Shown here: piece after piece, positions 49,210 to 62,416 of the stretch
Layout of the letters: every line of letters starts with the position of its first letter
Numbering within the stretch: the stretch's first letter is position 1
Assembly (NCBI GenBank): GCA_963708025.1
Contig: CAVPSB010000034.1
Span: 128,001 to 192,000 of the forward strand
DNA: 64,000 nucleotides
Source: an uncultured Candidatus Rokubacteria bacterium
GTDB lineage: Bacteria > Methylomirabilota > Methylomirabilia > Rokubacteriales > DASRDR01
Direction of reading: 5' to 3'
The notes under the pieces: generated by a model
What the model was told of the DNA's origin: nothing
The model's input: only the letters and a program-made list of their open reading frames with translations
Databases searched by the model: none
Made by a program: the position numbers and the translations under genes

Positions 49210-50181
49210 CTACGGGACCAGGAGGACCTTGCCGATCGTGCGGCGGCCGGCCAGGTGGGCGTGGGCCCGGGCGACGTCGGCCATCGGGAAGGCGCGGTCG
49301 ACGATGGGCTTGAGTCGGCCGGCGGCGACGAGCTGGATGATCTCGATGAAGGCCTCGGCGTGCATGTCGGGCCGCCACGGTCGGCGACCCAGGTGCAGCC
49401 CAAGCACCGAGAGGTTGCGGGTGAGGATCACGTCGCCACTCACGGCCCCCGGCTCGCCCGACGCCCGGCCGTAGATCACCAGGCGGCCCCCCGGGGCGAG
49501 CGCCATCGCGCTCTGGGCCAGGACCTCGCCTCCCACGCACTCCAGCACGACGTCAACGCCACGGTTCTCGGTCCGGGCCAGCACCGCGGTCACGAAGTTC
49601 TCCCGCGCGTAGTTGATCGTCTCGTCGGCGCCGAGCGCCCGCACCGCCTCGAGCTTCTCGTCGGTGGAGGCGGTCGCGAAGACGCGGGCGCCCCAGAGCT
49701 TCGCGAGCTGGACGGCCAGCGTCCCCACGCCGCTGGCGGCGGCGTGGATCAGGACCGACTCGCCGGGCTGGAGCGCGGCGCCGGTCTTGAGCAGGTGATA
49801 GGCCGTGAGGGACGCCAGCGGGAGCGCGGCCGCCGCCTCGAAGGAGTAGCCCGGCGGCATGGGGTAGACGAGGGGCTCCGGCGCCGCGACGTACTCGGCC
49901 TGGCAGCGCTGGCCGAGCATCGTCATGACGCGGTCGCCCGGCCGGGGTCCCTGGACCTCGGCGCCGACGCGCTCGACGGTGCCGGCCGCCTCCACCCCTT
50001 CGTGGTGGGGGAGCGGGAGCTTGGGGTTGTAGGTGCCGGCCCGGCGCATCACGTCCGAGAAGTTGACGCCGGCGGCGGCCACGCGGATCAGGACGTCGCC
50101 CGGCCCCACCTCGGGATCGGGGACGTCCTCGTACGCGAGCACCTCCGGCCCGCCGAAGCGGTGATAGCGCACCGCCTTCAC
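49210..50181 (-). CDS. NADPH:quinone oxidoreductase (MDR family)
   Basis: FGGPEVL, AGVNFSD, HAAASGVG, GVDVVLE. Confidence 0.9.
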   Translation of the reverse strand: MKAVRYHRFGGPEVLAYEDVPDPEVGPGDVLIRVAAAGVNFSDVMRRAGTYNPKLPLPHHEGVEAAGTVERVGAEVQGPRPGDRVMTMLGQRCQAEYVAAPEPLVYPMPPGYSFEAAAALPLASLTAYHLLKTGAALQPGESVLIHAAASGVGTLAVQLAKLWGARVFATASTDEKLEAVRALGADETINYARENFVTAVLARTENRGVDVVLECVGGEVLAQSAMALAPGGRLVIYGRASGEPGAVSGDVILTRNLSVLGLHLGRRPWRPDMHAEAFIEIIQLVAAGRLKPIVDRAFPMADVARAHAHLAGRRTIGKVLLVP

Positions 50182-50429
50182 GGTGCGCCTCCCGGCTCGG
50201 GGGTGAACCAGCCCTCCAGCGCCTCGTCGTAGTAGAGCGTCATCTCCTCGCTGGTCGCCAGGCGGACCCGGAACCAGCGCCGGTAGCCGCCGCCGGGCTC
50301 CGCGCCCGCCTCGATCCACCCCCAGAGCACGTCGGTGACGGCGACGGCGCTCTCGCCGCGCCAGATGCCGCAAGGGCGCTCGTTGCCCCGGCCCCCGGCG
50401 TACGCGAGCACGCGAATCGGGTGATCCAT
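50178..50429 (-). CDS. Small conserved hypothetical protein
   Basis: VLAYAGGRGNERP..WFRVR..LYYDE..W; in operon with overlapping neighbours. Confidence 0.7.
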   Translation of the reverse strand: MDHPIRVLAYAGGRGNERPCGIWRGESAVAVTDVLWGWIEAGAEPGGGYRRWFRVRLATSEEMTLYYDEALEGWFTPEPGGAP

Positions 50430-50436
50430 CGACTTC

Positions 50437-50739
50437 CTAGACGTTGACGTAGATGTCGCCGCCTTCAACCCGCGCCGGGAACGAGCCCACCTTGACGGCG
50501 GGGTTCGCCGCGTTGGCGCCTGTCCGCACGTCCCAGCTCCAGCCGTGCCACGGGCAGGTCACGATCGTGCCGTCGAGGTCGCCTTCACCCAGCGGCCCGC
50601 CCCGGTGGAGGCAGGTGTTCTCGATCGCGTAGAAGGTGCCGTCACAGTTGAAGACGGCCAGCGTCCGGCCCTCGGCCTCGATGACCTTCCCCTGGCCGCG
50701 TGGAATTTCGCTCGCCTCGGCCACCTTGCACTTCGCCAT
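50437..50739 (-). CDS. Rieske [2Fe-2S] ferredoxin
   Basis: CLH...CPWH. Confidence 0.93.
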   Translation of the reverse strand: MAKCKVAEASEIPRGQGKVIEAEGRTLAVFNCDGTFYAIENTCLHRGGPLGEGDLDGTIVTCPWHGWSWDVRTGANAANPAVKVGSFPARVEGGDIYVNV

Positions 50740-50760
50740 GTGGGTCTCCCTTCGCCTTTG

Positions 50761-50845
50761 TTCGGAACCTCCCGCCTACCCGATCCTTCGACGGCCTTCG
50801 GCCCCTGGCCCCCTCCTCCATCGTCCGACGGCCTTCGGCCTTTGG
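50761..50845. repeat. Composite intergenic repeat: family-B copy (50761-50781) plus two GACGGCCTTCGGCC units
   Basis: Units at 50790 and 50827; 50827-50845 matches 33806-33824 in reverse complement over 19 nt. Confidence 0.6.
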
Positions 50846-50890
50846 CGGGGGGGAGGGGGGAGTCGGAGGCCGCGGTTGCCTCACACGCTC

Positions 50891-52039
50891 TCACTCCCTG
50901 AGGAGCTGGCGCGCGATGATGAGCCGCTGGATCTCCGAGGTGCCCTCGTAGATCCGGGGGGCGCGGGCCTCCCGGTAGAGCCGCTCGATGGGCGAGCCCC
51001 GGACCACGCCCAGGCCTCCGTGGATCTGGACCGCCTGGTCGATCACCCGGTGCGCCATCTCGGTGGCGAAGAGCTTGGCCATCGACGACTCGAGCGTGAC
51101 CCGCGCCGCGCCCGCGTCCTTGAGCCGCGCCGCCGAGTAGACCAGCAGGCGCGCCGCCCGCAACTCGGTCGCCATGTCGGCGAGCTTCGCCTGGATGAGC
51201 TGGAACTGGGCGAGCGGCTGGCCGAACTGGGTGCGCCGCCGCGCGTGCGCCAGCGCGAGGTCGAGGCCGGCCTGGGCCAGGCCCACGGCCTGGGCCCCGA
51301 CCGAGGCCCGGAAGACGTCGAGCGTCGCCATCGCCACCCGCCAGCCCTCGTGCTCGGCGCCGAGGAGGCTGCCGGCCGCCAGACGGCAGTCGTCGAAGGT
51401 CAGCTCGCCGATGACGTGCGGGGCCAGCGTGTGCATGACGGCGCCGGAGAGCCCGGGCGCCTCCCGCGGCACGATGAACGCCGAGATGCCCTTCGCCCCG
51501 CGCTCGGGCGCCGTCTTGGCGAAGACGACGTAGAGGTCGGCCGCCGGCGCGTTCGAGATGAAGTGCTTCCGGCCGGTCAGCCGCCAGCCGTCGCCCCGGC
51601 GCTCGGCGCGCGTGGCCAGCGCCGCCGCGTCGGAGCCGGCCTCCGGCTCGGTGAGGGCGAACGCGGGGACCTGCTCGCCGCGGGCCAGCGGGGGCAGGTG
51701 GGCCGTCTTCTGGGCCTCGGTGCCGGCCAGCAGGATCGGGTAGCTGCCGAGGCCCTGGATGGCGAACAGCTCCTCGGCGGCGGGACAGGTCCGGGCCAGC
51801 TCCTCGCGGACCAGGCAGAGCGTCATGGAGCGGAACGGGCCCTCGAGCGCGCCGCCGTAGGCCGTCGGAACGAGGAGTGGGAAGAGCCCTTCCTTGCCGA
51901 GCGCGCGGGCCAGGTCCCGGTTCAGGTCGTCCCGCTCGCCCCAGGCGTCCGCGATCGGCCGCAGCGCCTCGGCGCCGGCGCGCGCGACGACGGCCCGGAG
52001 CTCTCGCTCCTCGACGGTCAGCTCGAGCGTCATGGTCAC
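50891..52039 (-). CDS. Acyl-CoA dehydrogenase
   Basis: FALTEPEAGSD, RTQFG, IHGGLG, RIYEGTSEIQ. Confidence 0.93.
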   Translation of the reverse strand: MTMTLELTVEERELRAVVARAGAEALRPIADAWGERDDLNRDLARALGKEGLFPLLVPTAYGGALEGPFRSMTLCLVREELARTCPAAEELFAIQGLGSYPILLAGTEAQKTAHLPPLARGEQVPAFALTEPEAGSDAAALATRAERRGDGWRLTGRKHFISNAPAADLYVVFAKTAPERGAKGISAFIVPREAPGLSGAVMHTLAPHVIGELTFDDCRLAAGSLLGAEHEGWRVAMATLDVFRASVGAQAVGLAQAGLDLALAHARRRTQFGQPLAQFQLIQAKLADMATELRAARLLVYSAARLKDAGAARVTLESSMAKLFATEMAHRVIDQAVQIHGGLGVVRGSPIERLYREARAPRIYEGTSEIQRLIIARQLLRE

Positions 52040-53346
52040 GACGGCCCGGCGGGGAGGAGGCTCTTGACGAAGGCGAGCTTGCCGCTCTCGATCCTGAACA
52101 CCGCGAGCGGGCGCGCCAGCGCGCCGTCCCCTCGCAGCGTGAGCGGCCCGCCGTAGACGGACGGGACGTCGCGCAGGCCGGCCAGCGTCTCCCGGAGCCG
52201 CGCTCCTCCCAGTGTGCCGCGTCCCTCGCCGGCCGCCGCGCGGATGCCGGCCGCCACCAGCATGACGGCGTCGTAGGCGCTGGCGGCGTAGCGCGACGGC
52301 CCGTCACCGAACTTCTTCTTGTAGGCCTCGGCGAAGCGCTCGGACCGCGCCCCCGCCTGGGGGGCGAAGGCATCGCTGACGACGATCGCCCCCTTGAGCG
52401 CCGGGCCGCCGGCCAGGCGGACCGCCGGGTCGTCGTCCAGCAGGTACAGCCCGCCCTGGTAGCCCCCCTCGCGGAGCCGCGCCGCCAGGTCGCCGAGGTC
52501 CATCCCGCGGAAGCCGAGCACGAGGGCCTCCGGAGCCTGCCGGGTGATCTGGCGGATCCGCGACGCGAGGTCGGAGGCCTCCAGCGAGAGGCTCTCCTCG
52601 ACCGCGAGGCTGGCGCCCCGCTCGCGCCAGCGGGCCGAGACGGCGGCCCGCACCGCCTTGCCGAACTCGTCCCCGCCCGCCAGGAGCCCGAGCCGTTGGA
52701 CCTTCTGCTCCGCGGCGTGCGCCAGCAGGGTGTCCACGTGCGTGGCCATCGAGGGCCGGGTGTGGACGAGCACGCGGCTCGTGGCGGGGAACCGCCCGGT
52801 GACGATGCCCTGGTGGACGACCAGGAGGTTGCGGGTCGAGGCCAGCGGATAGATCGCCAGCGTCGGCGTCGCCGAGGCGGTGAACACCACGACGACCCCC
52901 ATCCCGGCCAGCCGGGTGAACTCGTCCGTGGCCTTCTTGCCGTCCAGCGGCTGGACGTCGGCGGCCTCGAGGGTGAACGTGACGCCGGTGGGGGACGGCT
53001 CTTCCTCGGCGGCCCGCCGGGCGATCTCCACGGCCTCCTCTTCCCGGGCGCGGGCGAGGGGGGAAACCGCCGGCCGCTTGGGGCCGAGGTCCGCGATGGC
53101 CAGCTCGATGCCCTGGCGGATCTCCTTGCCGAACCAGGCGCCGGACCCGGTGAGCGGGAGCAGGGCCCCGAGGCGGAGCACCGGGACGGGAGGCTTGGCC
53201 TCGGGCGGCGGGCTCTCGTCACGAGGCGCCGCCGGCGCGCTCGCCCCGGGCAGGGGCTTGAGGTGACCCGGGCTCTGGGGGAGCGCGGGCGAGGCCAGCG
53301 AGAGGAGGACGAGCCCGGCGACGGCGAGCCGACCGATCACCCGCAT
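52036..53346 (-). CDS. Branched-chain amino acid-type ABC substrate-binding protein
   Basis: LGALLPLTGSGAWFG, ASAYDAV. Confidence 0.82.
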   Translation of the reverse strand: MRVIGRLAVAGLVLLSLASPALPQSPGHLKPLPGASAPAAPRDESPPPEAKPPVPVLRLGALLPLTGSGAWFGKEIRQGIELAIADLGPKRPAVSPLARAREEEAVEIARRAAEEEPSPTGVTFTLEAADVQPLDGKKATDEFTRLAGMGVVVVFTASATPTLAIYPLASTRNLLVVHQGIVTGRFPATSRVLVHTRPSMATHVDTLLAHAAEQKVQRLGLLAGGDEFGKAVRAAVSARWRERGASLAVEESLSLEASDLASRIRQITRQAPEALVLGFRGMDLGDLAARLREGGYQGGLYLLDDDPAVRLAGGPALKGAIVVSDAFAPQAGARSERFAEAYKKKFGDGPSRYAASAYDAVMLVAAGIRAAAGEGRGTLGGARLRETLAGLRDVPSVYGGPLTLRGDGALARPLAVFRIESGKLAFVKSLLPAGPS

Positions 53347-53457
53347 GTTCGGGTGAATTGTACCCCAGCCGCGCCGCGGTGACCGCCGAACGCGCACGGG
53401 CGCCGCCCCGTGGGGGAGCGGCGCCCGTGCTGGGGTCCCCGGCGCGGGCCGGTCGGA

Positions 53458-54964
<1,507 letters not shown>

Positions 54965-54992
54965 TGACACTCCTTTCAAGCCGGAGGGAACC

Positions 54993-55676
<684 letters not shown>

Positions 55677-55768
55677 CTAGGCTCGATCATCGCCGGTCGA
55701 GGCGCGCTGCCGCGGCCCCTTCCCGCGGGGAGCGGCAGGAAAGGGGTGTCGGGAAAAGGAGTGCCGCG

Positions 55769-57463
55769 GTGGGTGTCAGAAAGTGGTTCTTGGATCGGCC
55801 CATCAGAACCAAGCTCCTCATCGGATTCGTTGCGGTCACCGCGGCGATCACCGTGATCTGCCTCGGCAGGCTCCGACAGACCGGGCAGACCCTTGCGACC
55901 TTCCAGGAGGCCTACCGAGGTCAGGCCCTGTCGCTGGGCGCCCTCGCCGAGTCGGTGCGCGCCATGTCCAGGGCTCAGGACCTTGCGGTCGAGCATGCCC
56001 TCGTGCAGAGCCCGGGCCGGATGCGGGAGATCGAAAGCGAGATCAGGAGCCTCGACGCCAGGGTGGACGAGGGGATCGGCTCCTTCGAAAGGACCCTCCT
56101 GAGCCCCGAGGAGCGATCGGCGCTCGCCCGGTTCAAGCAGGCCCTCACGGGATATCGCGGAGGGCGACGCGACGAGGCCCTGCGCTTCAGCGACGGCGGC
56201 AGAAAGGCCGAGGCGATGACGGCTCTCGGTCAAGCGGCTCAGCAGCTGCGGGCGACCGATGAGGCGATGAACGAGCTGCTGGCCATCAGGGTGAATGCCA
56301 TCAAGGCGGGCGTCGAGGCAGGCCGCGAGGCGTACGCCGCAACCTGGCGGCTCACCGTGTTCCTGGTCCTCCTGGGGCTCGGCTTCTCGATGGTCTTGGC
56401 CCTGGTGATCGCGCGAACGGTCTGGTACCCGGTGGAAGAGATGGTGAAGGTCCTCGAGACGATGGAGCGGGGGGACCTCACGAAGCGCTTCAAGTGGGAC
56501 ACGCGGGACGAGATGGGCTGGGTCGCCTGGGTCATCAAGAAGCTCGGCGACACGATGCGCGACACGATGCGGGAGGTCGGTAGTGCGGCGACCCACGTCG
56601 CCGCCGCGTCCCAGCAGTTCTCGGCCGCGACCGAACAGTTCTCCAGCAGCGCTCACGAGCACGCGTCCAGCCTCGAGGAGACCGCCGCGTCGCTGGAGCA
56701 GCTCACGGCCACGGTCAAGCAGAACGCGGACAACGCCCGGCAGGCCAGCCAGCTCGCCGTCGGTTCCCGCGCTGTGGCCGAGCGGGGCGGCCAGGTCGTC
56801 GCGGCGGCGACGGGCGCGATGGAGGAGATCACCCACGCGTCGAGGCAGATCGCCGAGATCATCACGACGATCGATGAGATCGCCTTCCAGACGAATCTGC
56901 TGGCCTTGAACGCGGCGGTGGAGGCGGCCCGCGCCGGCGAGGAGGGTCGGGGCTTCGCGGTGGTGGCGGTCGAAGTGCGGAACCTGGCCCAGCGGGCGGC
57001 GCAGGCGGCGAGAGAGATCCGGCAGCTGATCCAGGATTCGGTCCAGAAGGTGGAGAGCGGGTCGGAGCTGGTAAACCGGTCAGGCCAGACTCTCCACGAG
57101 ATCGTCGAGTCGGTCAAGCGCGTGGCGGCGATCATCGGTGAGATCTCGGCCACCTCCCAGGAGCAAGCCACCGGGATCGAGCAGGTGAACCGGGCGGTGA
57201 GCCAGATGGAGCAGGCGGTGCAGCGGGAGGCGGCTTCGGCTCACGAGCTGTCGGAGACGGCTCACGGCCTGAGCCAGGATGCGACCCACCTTCGGGCCCT
57301 GGTGGCTCGGTTCAAGCTGGGGCAGGAGAGCCCGGCCCCCAAACCGGGGGCCTGGTCCCCGAGCCGGCCCGACGCCACGACGCCGCCGGAGCCAGCGGCG
57401 ACGGTCACGCCGAGGGGTGAGCCCTCGATCCGGGCTCGGGCGGGAGCGGGCCCGGGGCGCTGA
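55769..57463 (+). CDS. Methyl-accepting chemotaxis protein (periplasmic helical sensor, HAMP, signalling domain)
   Basis: [38 protein letters not shown]. Confidence 0.92.
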   Translation: MGVRKWFLDRPIRTKLLIGFVAVTAAITVICLGRLRQTGQTLATFQEAYRGQALSLGALAESVRAMSRAQDLAVEHALVQSPGRMREIESEIRSLDARVDEGIGSFERTLLSPEERSALARFKQALTGYRGGRRDEALRFSDGGRKAEAMTALGQAAQQLRATDEAMNELLAIRVNAIKAGVEAGREAYAATWRLTVFLVLLGLGFSMVLALVIARTVWYPVEEMVKVLETMERGDLTKRFKWDTRDEMGWVAWVIKKLGDTMRDTMREVGSAATHVAAASQQFSAATEQFSSSAHEHASSLEETAASLEQLTATVKQNADNARQASQLAVGSRAVAERGGQVVAAATGAMEEITHASRQIAEIITTIDEIAFQTNLLALNAAVEAARAGEEGRGFAVVAVEVRNLAQRAAQAAREIRQLIQDSVQKVESGSELVNRSGQTLHEIVESVKRVAAIIGEISATSQEQATGIEQVNRAVSQMEQAVQREAASAHELSETAHGLSQDATHLRALVARFKLGQESPAPKPGAWSPSRPDATTPPEPAATVTPRGEPSIRARAGAGPGR

Positions 57464-57484
57464 CCGGTCGCGCGGCTCGGGGGG

Positions 57485-60215
57485 TCACACGCTCTCGAAG
57501 CGACCCCGGGGACCGAACCGCGCGACCTCGGCACCGGTCGGCACCCGCTCGACCCGGACCGCGCAGACCTTGTACTCGGGGATCTTGGAATCCGGGTCAT
57601 GGGCGGAGTTCGTCAGGAAGTTGGCCGCGGAGTCGGCCAGCTTGACGAACGGGATGAAGAGCTCGCCGGCCCGGACGGCGTCGGTGAGCCAGGCGAGCCC
57701 CTCCAGCTCCCCGCGGCGGGAGAGGACCCGCACGGGGTCGCCGTCCTTCACCCGGAGCCGGCGGGCGTCCGCCGGGTGGATCGACACCTGGAGGTGCGGG
57801 GCGAGCTGGAGGAGGCCCTCGACGCGCCGGGTGATGGTGCCGCCGTGCCAGTGGTACAAGAGCCGTCCGGTGTTGAGGATGAAGGGATAGTCGGGGTCGG
57901 GGAGCTCCGCGGCCTGCGGGCCCTGGCTCACCGGGACGAACTTTCCCTTGCCGCGCGGGAAGGACTCCGCGTAGAGGAAGCGCGTCCCCGGATGGTCGGG
58001 CGCCGGGCACGGCCACTGGATCCCGCCCTCACGATCCAGCCGCGCGTGGGAGATCCCGCCGAGCGCGGGCACCAGGGCCGCCATCTCGTCGAAGATCGCG
58101 GTGGGTCCGCTCCAGTCGAAGCCGTCGGCCGGGCGCCCGAGTCGTCGCGCCACCCGCCGGGCCAGCTCCGCGGTGATCCACCAGTCGGGGCGGGTCTCGC
58201 CCGGCGGGTCCACGATCCGTCGCACCCGCTGGACGCGCCGCTCCGAGTTGGTGAAGGTCCCCTCCTTCTCGGCGAACGCCGCCGCCGGCAGGAAGACGTG
58301 GGCCAGCTCGGAGGTCTCGTGGAGGAAGAGGTCCTGGACGACCAGGCAGTCGAGCTGCTCGAACGCCTTCCGGGCGTGGTTCAGATCGGGCTCGGAGAGG
58401 AGCGGGTTCTCCCCGACGACGTACATCGCGCGGATCTGACCCGTCAGGCAGCCCTCCACCATCTCGGTCACGACGAGGCCCGGCTCGGCCGGCGGCCGGA
58501 CGCCCCAGGCGCGCTCGAACTTCGCCAGCGACTCCGGCCCGAAGTTCTGGTAGCCGGGCAGGTTCGTCGGGATGCAGCCGGCGTCCCCGCAGCCCTGGAC
58601 GTTGTTCTGGCCCCGCAGCGGCGAGATCCCCGCGCCCGGCCGGCCGAGCTGGCCGGTGAGGAGCGAGAGGTTCAGCAGCGCGTGGGCGTTGGCGGTGCCG
58701 TTGGTGTGCTGGGTGACGCCCATGCCCCAGATCAGGCACGAGCCGGAGAACGGGGGTCGCGCGTACCAGCGGGCCGCCTGCACGATGTCGGCGGCCGGCA
58801 CCCCGGTCATGCGCTCGGCGACCTCCGGCGTGTAGGGCTCCACCGCCGCCCGCCACGCCTCGAAGCTCTCGGTCCGGTCCCGCGACGAACTCGCGGTCCC
58901 ACAGCCCCTCGTCGAGGATCACCCGGGCCATGCGCTGAACAGCGCGACGTCGGTCCCCGGCCGCTGGCGGATCCAGATGTCCGCGTAGTCGCAGAGCTCG
59001 ATCCGCTTGGGGTTGGCGACGACGAGCCTGGCGCCGCGGGCCACCGCCCGCCGGAACCGGACCGCGATGACCGGGTGGTTGGCGCTGGCGTCGGCGCCGA
59101 CGACGAAGAGGCAGCCGGCCTCCTCGTAGTCCACGTAGGAGTTCGACGTGGCGCCGGAGCCCATCGAGACCAGCATGGCCTCCACCGAGGGCGAGTGGCA
59201 GAGGCGCGTGCAGTGGTCGACGTTGTTCGTGTCCATCACCACCCGGCAGAGCTTCTGGATGGCGTAGCCGTCCTCGTTGGTGGCCTTGGCCGAGGCCAGC
59301 GCCCCGAAGCGCGCCGCGGTTCCGGACCAGCCCGTCCGCCGCGGCGTCGAGCGCCTCGTCCCAGGACACCGGCTCCCATCCGGCCCCGCGCCGGACCATC
59401 GGGCGGAGGACGCGGTCGCGCGCGTGGACGAAGCCGGTGCCGAAGCGCCCCTTGACGCACAGCATGCCCTGGCTCGAGCCGTTCGCCGGCACGTCGTCGG
59501 TCATCACCGCCAGGCGCCGGTCCTCCCGCACGGAGGCGACGATCCCGCAGCCGACGCCGCAGTAGGGGCAGGTGGTCTCGACGCGCCGGGTGACCCGGGC
59601 CGGCGTCTCCTTGGGCCGGAGCGCGCCGGTCGGACAGGTCGCCACGCACTGGCCGCACGAGGTGCAGATCGAGTCGGCCATCAGGCCGTCCCCGAAGACG
59701 CCGACCCGCTCGGCGTGGCCCTTGCCGATCAGGCTGATGGCGCCGATCCGCTGCACGTCGTCGCAGGCGGTGGTGCAGCGGCCGCAGAGGATGCAGGCCT
59801 CGCGGTCGAGGACGAAGAACGACTTCGAGTCGTCCACCGGGGAGCGGTGGAGCGGGGCGTGGGAGGCGCCCGGGAGCCCGTGGCGGGCGCAGGCCTCGCC
59901 GAGCTGGCCGAACCCGTCGCGGCCGTCACCCGGCGTCAGCATCGAGAGCGTGAGGTCCAGGACCGCCCGGCGGAGGCGGGTGACGTCGGGGGTGTCGGTC
60001 CGCACGACCATGCCGTCGCGCGCCGGCAGGTGGCACGAGGCCGGGAAGCCCCGCTGGCCCTCGACCTGGACCAGGCAGGTCCGGCACGCCCCGAGCGGCG
60101 CGCGATCGGGGTCCTTGCAGAGCTGGGGCAGCGGCAGGCCGAGCCGGTTGACCGCGTCGAGGACGGTGGCGCCCCCGTCGACCTCCACGGCCCGGCCGTC
60201 GATGGTCAGGCGCAT
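57485..60215 (-). CDS. Formate dehydrogenase alpha subunit (Mo/W-bisPGD, Cys type), several frameshifts at ~58870-59310
   Basis: [2Fe-2S] and 2x[4Fe-4S] motifs, CPYCGVGC, NNVDHCTRLCHSPS, PLRGQNNVQG, IPEYK. Confidence 0.9.
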
Positions 60216-60219
60216 GGCT

Positions 60220-62222
60220 CTACTGTACCCCGAAGGCCCCCGGGAAGTGCTCGAGGGCCGACCGGACCGAGAGCGGGGCGGCCTGGCCCAGGCCGCAGAG
60301 CGAGGCGAGCTGGACGACCTCCCCCAGCTCGCGGAGGAGCGGGACCTCGGCATCGCCGCCCGTGCCGGCCGCGAGGCCGTCGAGCGCCGCGAGCATCCGC
60401 GCGGTCCCCTCCCGGCACGGCGTGCACTTCCCGCACGACTCCTTCGCGTTGAAGGCCATCAGCACCCGGACGATCTCGAGCACCGGGACCGAGTCGTCGA
60501 GGGCCACCACGCCGCCGGTGCCGGGGGAGAGCGCCGGCCGCTCGAGCGGCTGGTCGAGGAGCGCCGGCGGGAGGATCACGCCCGAGGGGCCGCCGACGAC
60601 GATCGCGCCGAGCGGCCGGCCGGTGGCGAGGCCGCCGCCGAGGCCGTGGACCAGTCGCCGGAGGGTGACGGGCGGGGCGACCTCCACGACGCCGGGCCGG
60701 GCGACGTGACCGGACAGCCCGAACAGCTTCGTCGCCGCCGCGCCCGAGTCACCGGCCACGATGAGCGGCACGGCGGCCAGGGTCTCCACGTTGTTGATGA
60801 CGGTGGGGCGGCCGTACACGCCCGCCTCGACGGGAAAGGGCGGCTTGGTCCGCGGCATCGCCCGCCGCCCCTCGATGGACTCGAGGAGCGCCGTCTCCTC
60901 GCCCAGGATGAAGCCGCCGGCCCCGCGCCGGATCTCGACGTCGAAGGCGAAGTCCGAGCCGAGGACGCGCGGGCCCAGGATGCCGGCCGCCCGCGCCGCG
61001 CCCACCGCCGCCGCGCAGCGCTCGGCCGAGAGGCCGGCCTCGCCGTGTATATAGAGGATGCCGTGGCTGGCCCCCGCCGCGTAGGCGGCGAGCAGCAGGC
61101 CCTCGAGGAGCCGGTGGGGGTCGGCCTCCATGAGGTGGCGGTCCTTGAAGATCCCCGGCTCGCCCTCCTCGCCGTTGACGACGACGTACTTCGGCGCGCC
61201 CGGCGCGGCCCGGCACCCTTCCCACTTCACCGCCGCCGGGAAGTAGGCGCCGCCCCGCCCCTGGAGCCCGGCCGCCTTCACCGCGGCGATGACGGCCTCG
61301 GGATCGCCACGCTCGAGGGCGGCGGCCAGCGTCGCGTAGCTGCCCGCCCGACGGGCGTCGGCGAGGTCCTCGGGATCGATCGCGTTCCAGCGCGCGCTGA
61401 GCCGGCGCTGCTGGCCGCCGAGCACGGGATGCGAGGCGACCGGCGGCAGCCCGGCCACGGGGTCCGTCCGCCCAGGCGGCGCCGGTCAGCCCGTGGTCGC
61501 CGGCGCCGTCGAGGAGGCGCCGGAGCGCCGGCACGGCGGCGGGGGTCACCCGCTCGACCGTCAGCCGGGGCGCGCCGGGCCGCAGCACGTCGACGACCGG
61601 CGCGGCGTGGCAGAGGCCCGGACAGGCCCCCGCCCGGACGTCGGCGCCGGGGAGGGCCTCGCGGAGGGCCGTGAGCGTCGCCGCCGCGCCCCGGGCGAGG
61701 CCGCAGGAGCCGGCGCCGACGAGGAGCCTGGTGCCATCGCTCCCGCGAGGGGCTGAGGCCGGGAGATGGGGTTCCGGCGCCCGGCAGGCCCGGATCACGT
61801 CGTCCGGGGTCGGCGCGCTCAGGTACCGATGATCCACCTCGACCACCGGCGCCACGCTGCACACGAAGCAGCAGTCCGTCTCCTCGAGGGTCACCGCGCC
61901 GTCCGCCGTCGTCTCCCCGGGCGCGACGCCGAGGCGCCGCAGCGAGTGCGGCGAGGAGGCCGGCGCCGCCGTTGACGCGGCACGAGACCCCGGTGCAGAC
62001 GCGCACGAGGTGGGCGCCCCGGGGCGCCAGCCTCAGCTCCGGATAGTGGGTCGCGACGCCGTAGACCTCGCTCTTCGGGACCCGGAGGTGCGCGCCGACG
62101 GCGGTGAGGTCATCCGGAGAGAGCCAGCCGCGCTCGGCCTGGACGGCCTGGAGGGCGGGGAGGAGCCAGGTCCGCTCGCGAGGGAAGGGCGCGAGGACGG
62201 CGATCGACGATGCCTGGGTCAC
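60220..62222 (-). CDS. Fused NuoE-like / thioredoxin-like / NuoF-like NADH-binding subunit, frameshifts at ~61945 and ~61460
   Basis: CTGVSC..CCFVC; GSCG..CPGLC; GRGGAYFP, GEEGEPG, GEETAL, ESCGKCTPCREG. Confidence 0.85.
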
Positions 62223-62416
62223 CGAGGGTGGCTCGCGATCATGGCTGGGGGTCCGGGCCGGTGTGTCGCGCTCATCTTAGAGGCCGTTCCGCGGCCCCGT
62301 CAAGCTCGCCACCGCGCAGGGTGACGGCGAGCGCCCACCTCCGCATCGCCACGCTGCCACGCGACTCACCGTTGACAGGCGGACGGCTCGCGTGCCACCG
62401 TGACCGTGAGGGTCCG

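Noticed and set aside
59190-59210. Possible selenocysteine in the FDH active site
   Set aside because: The codon is TGC (RLCH).
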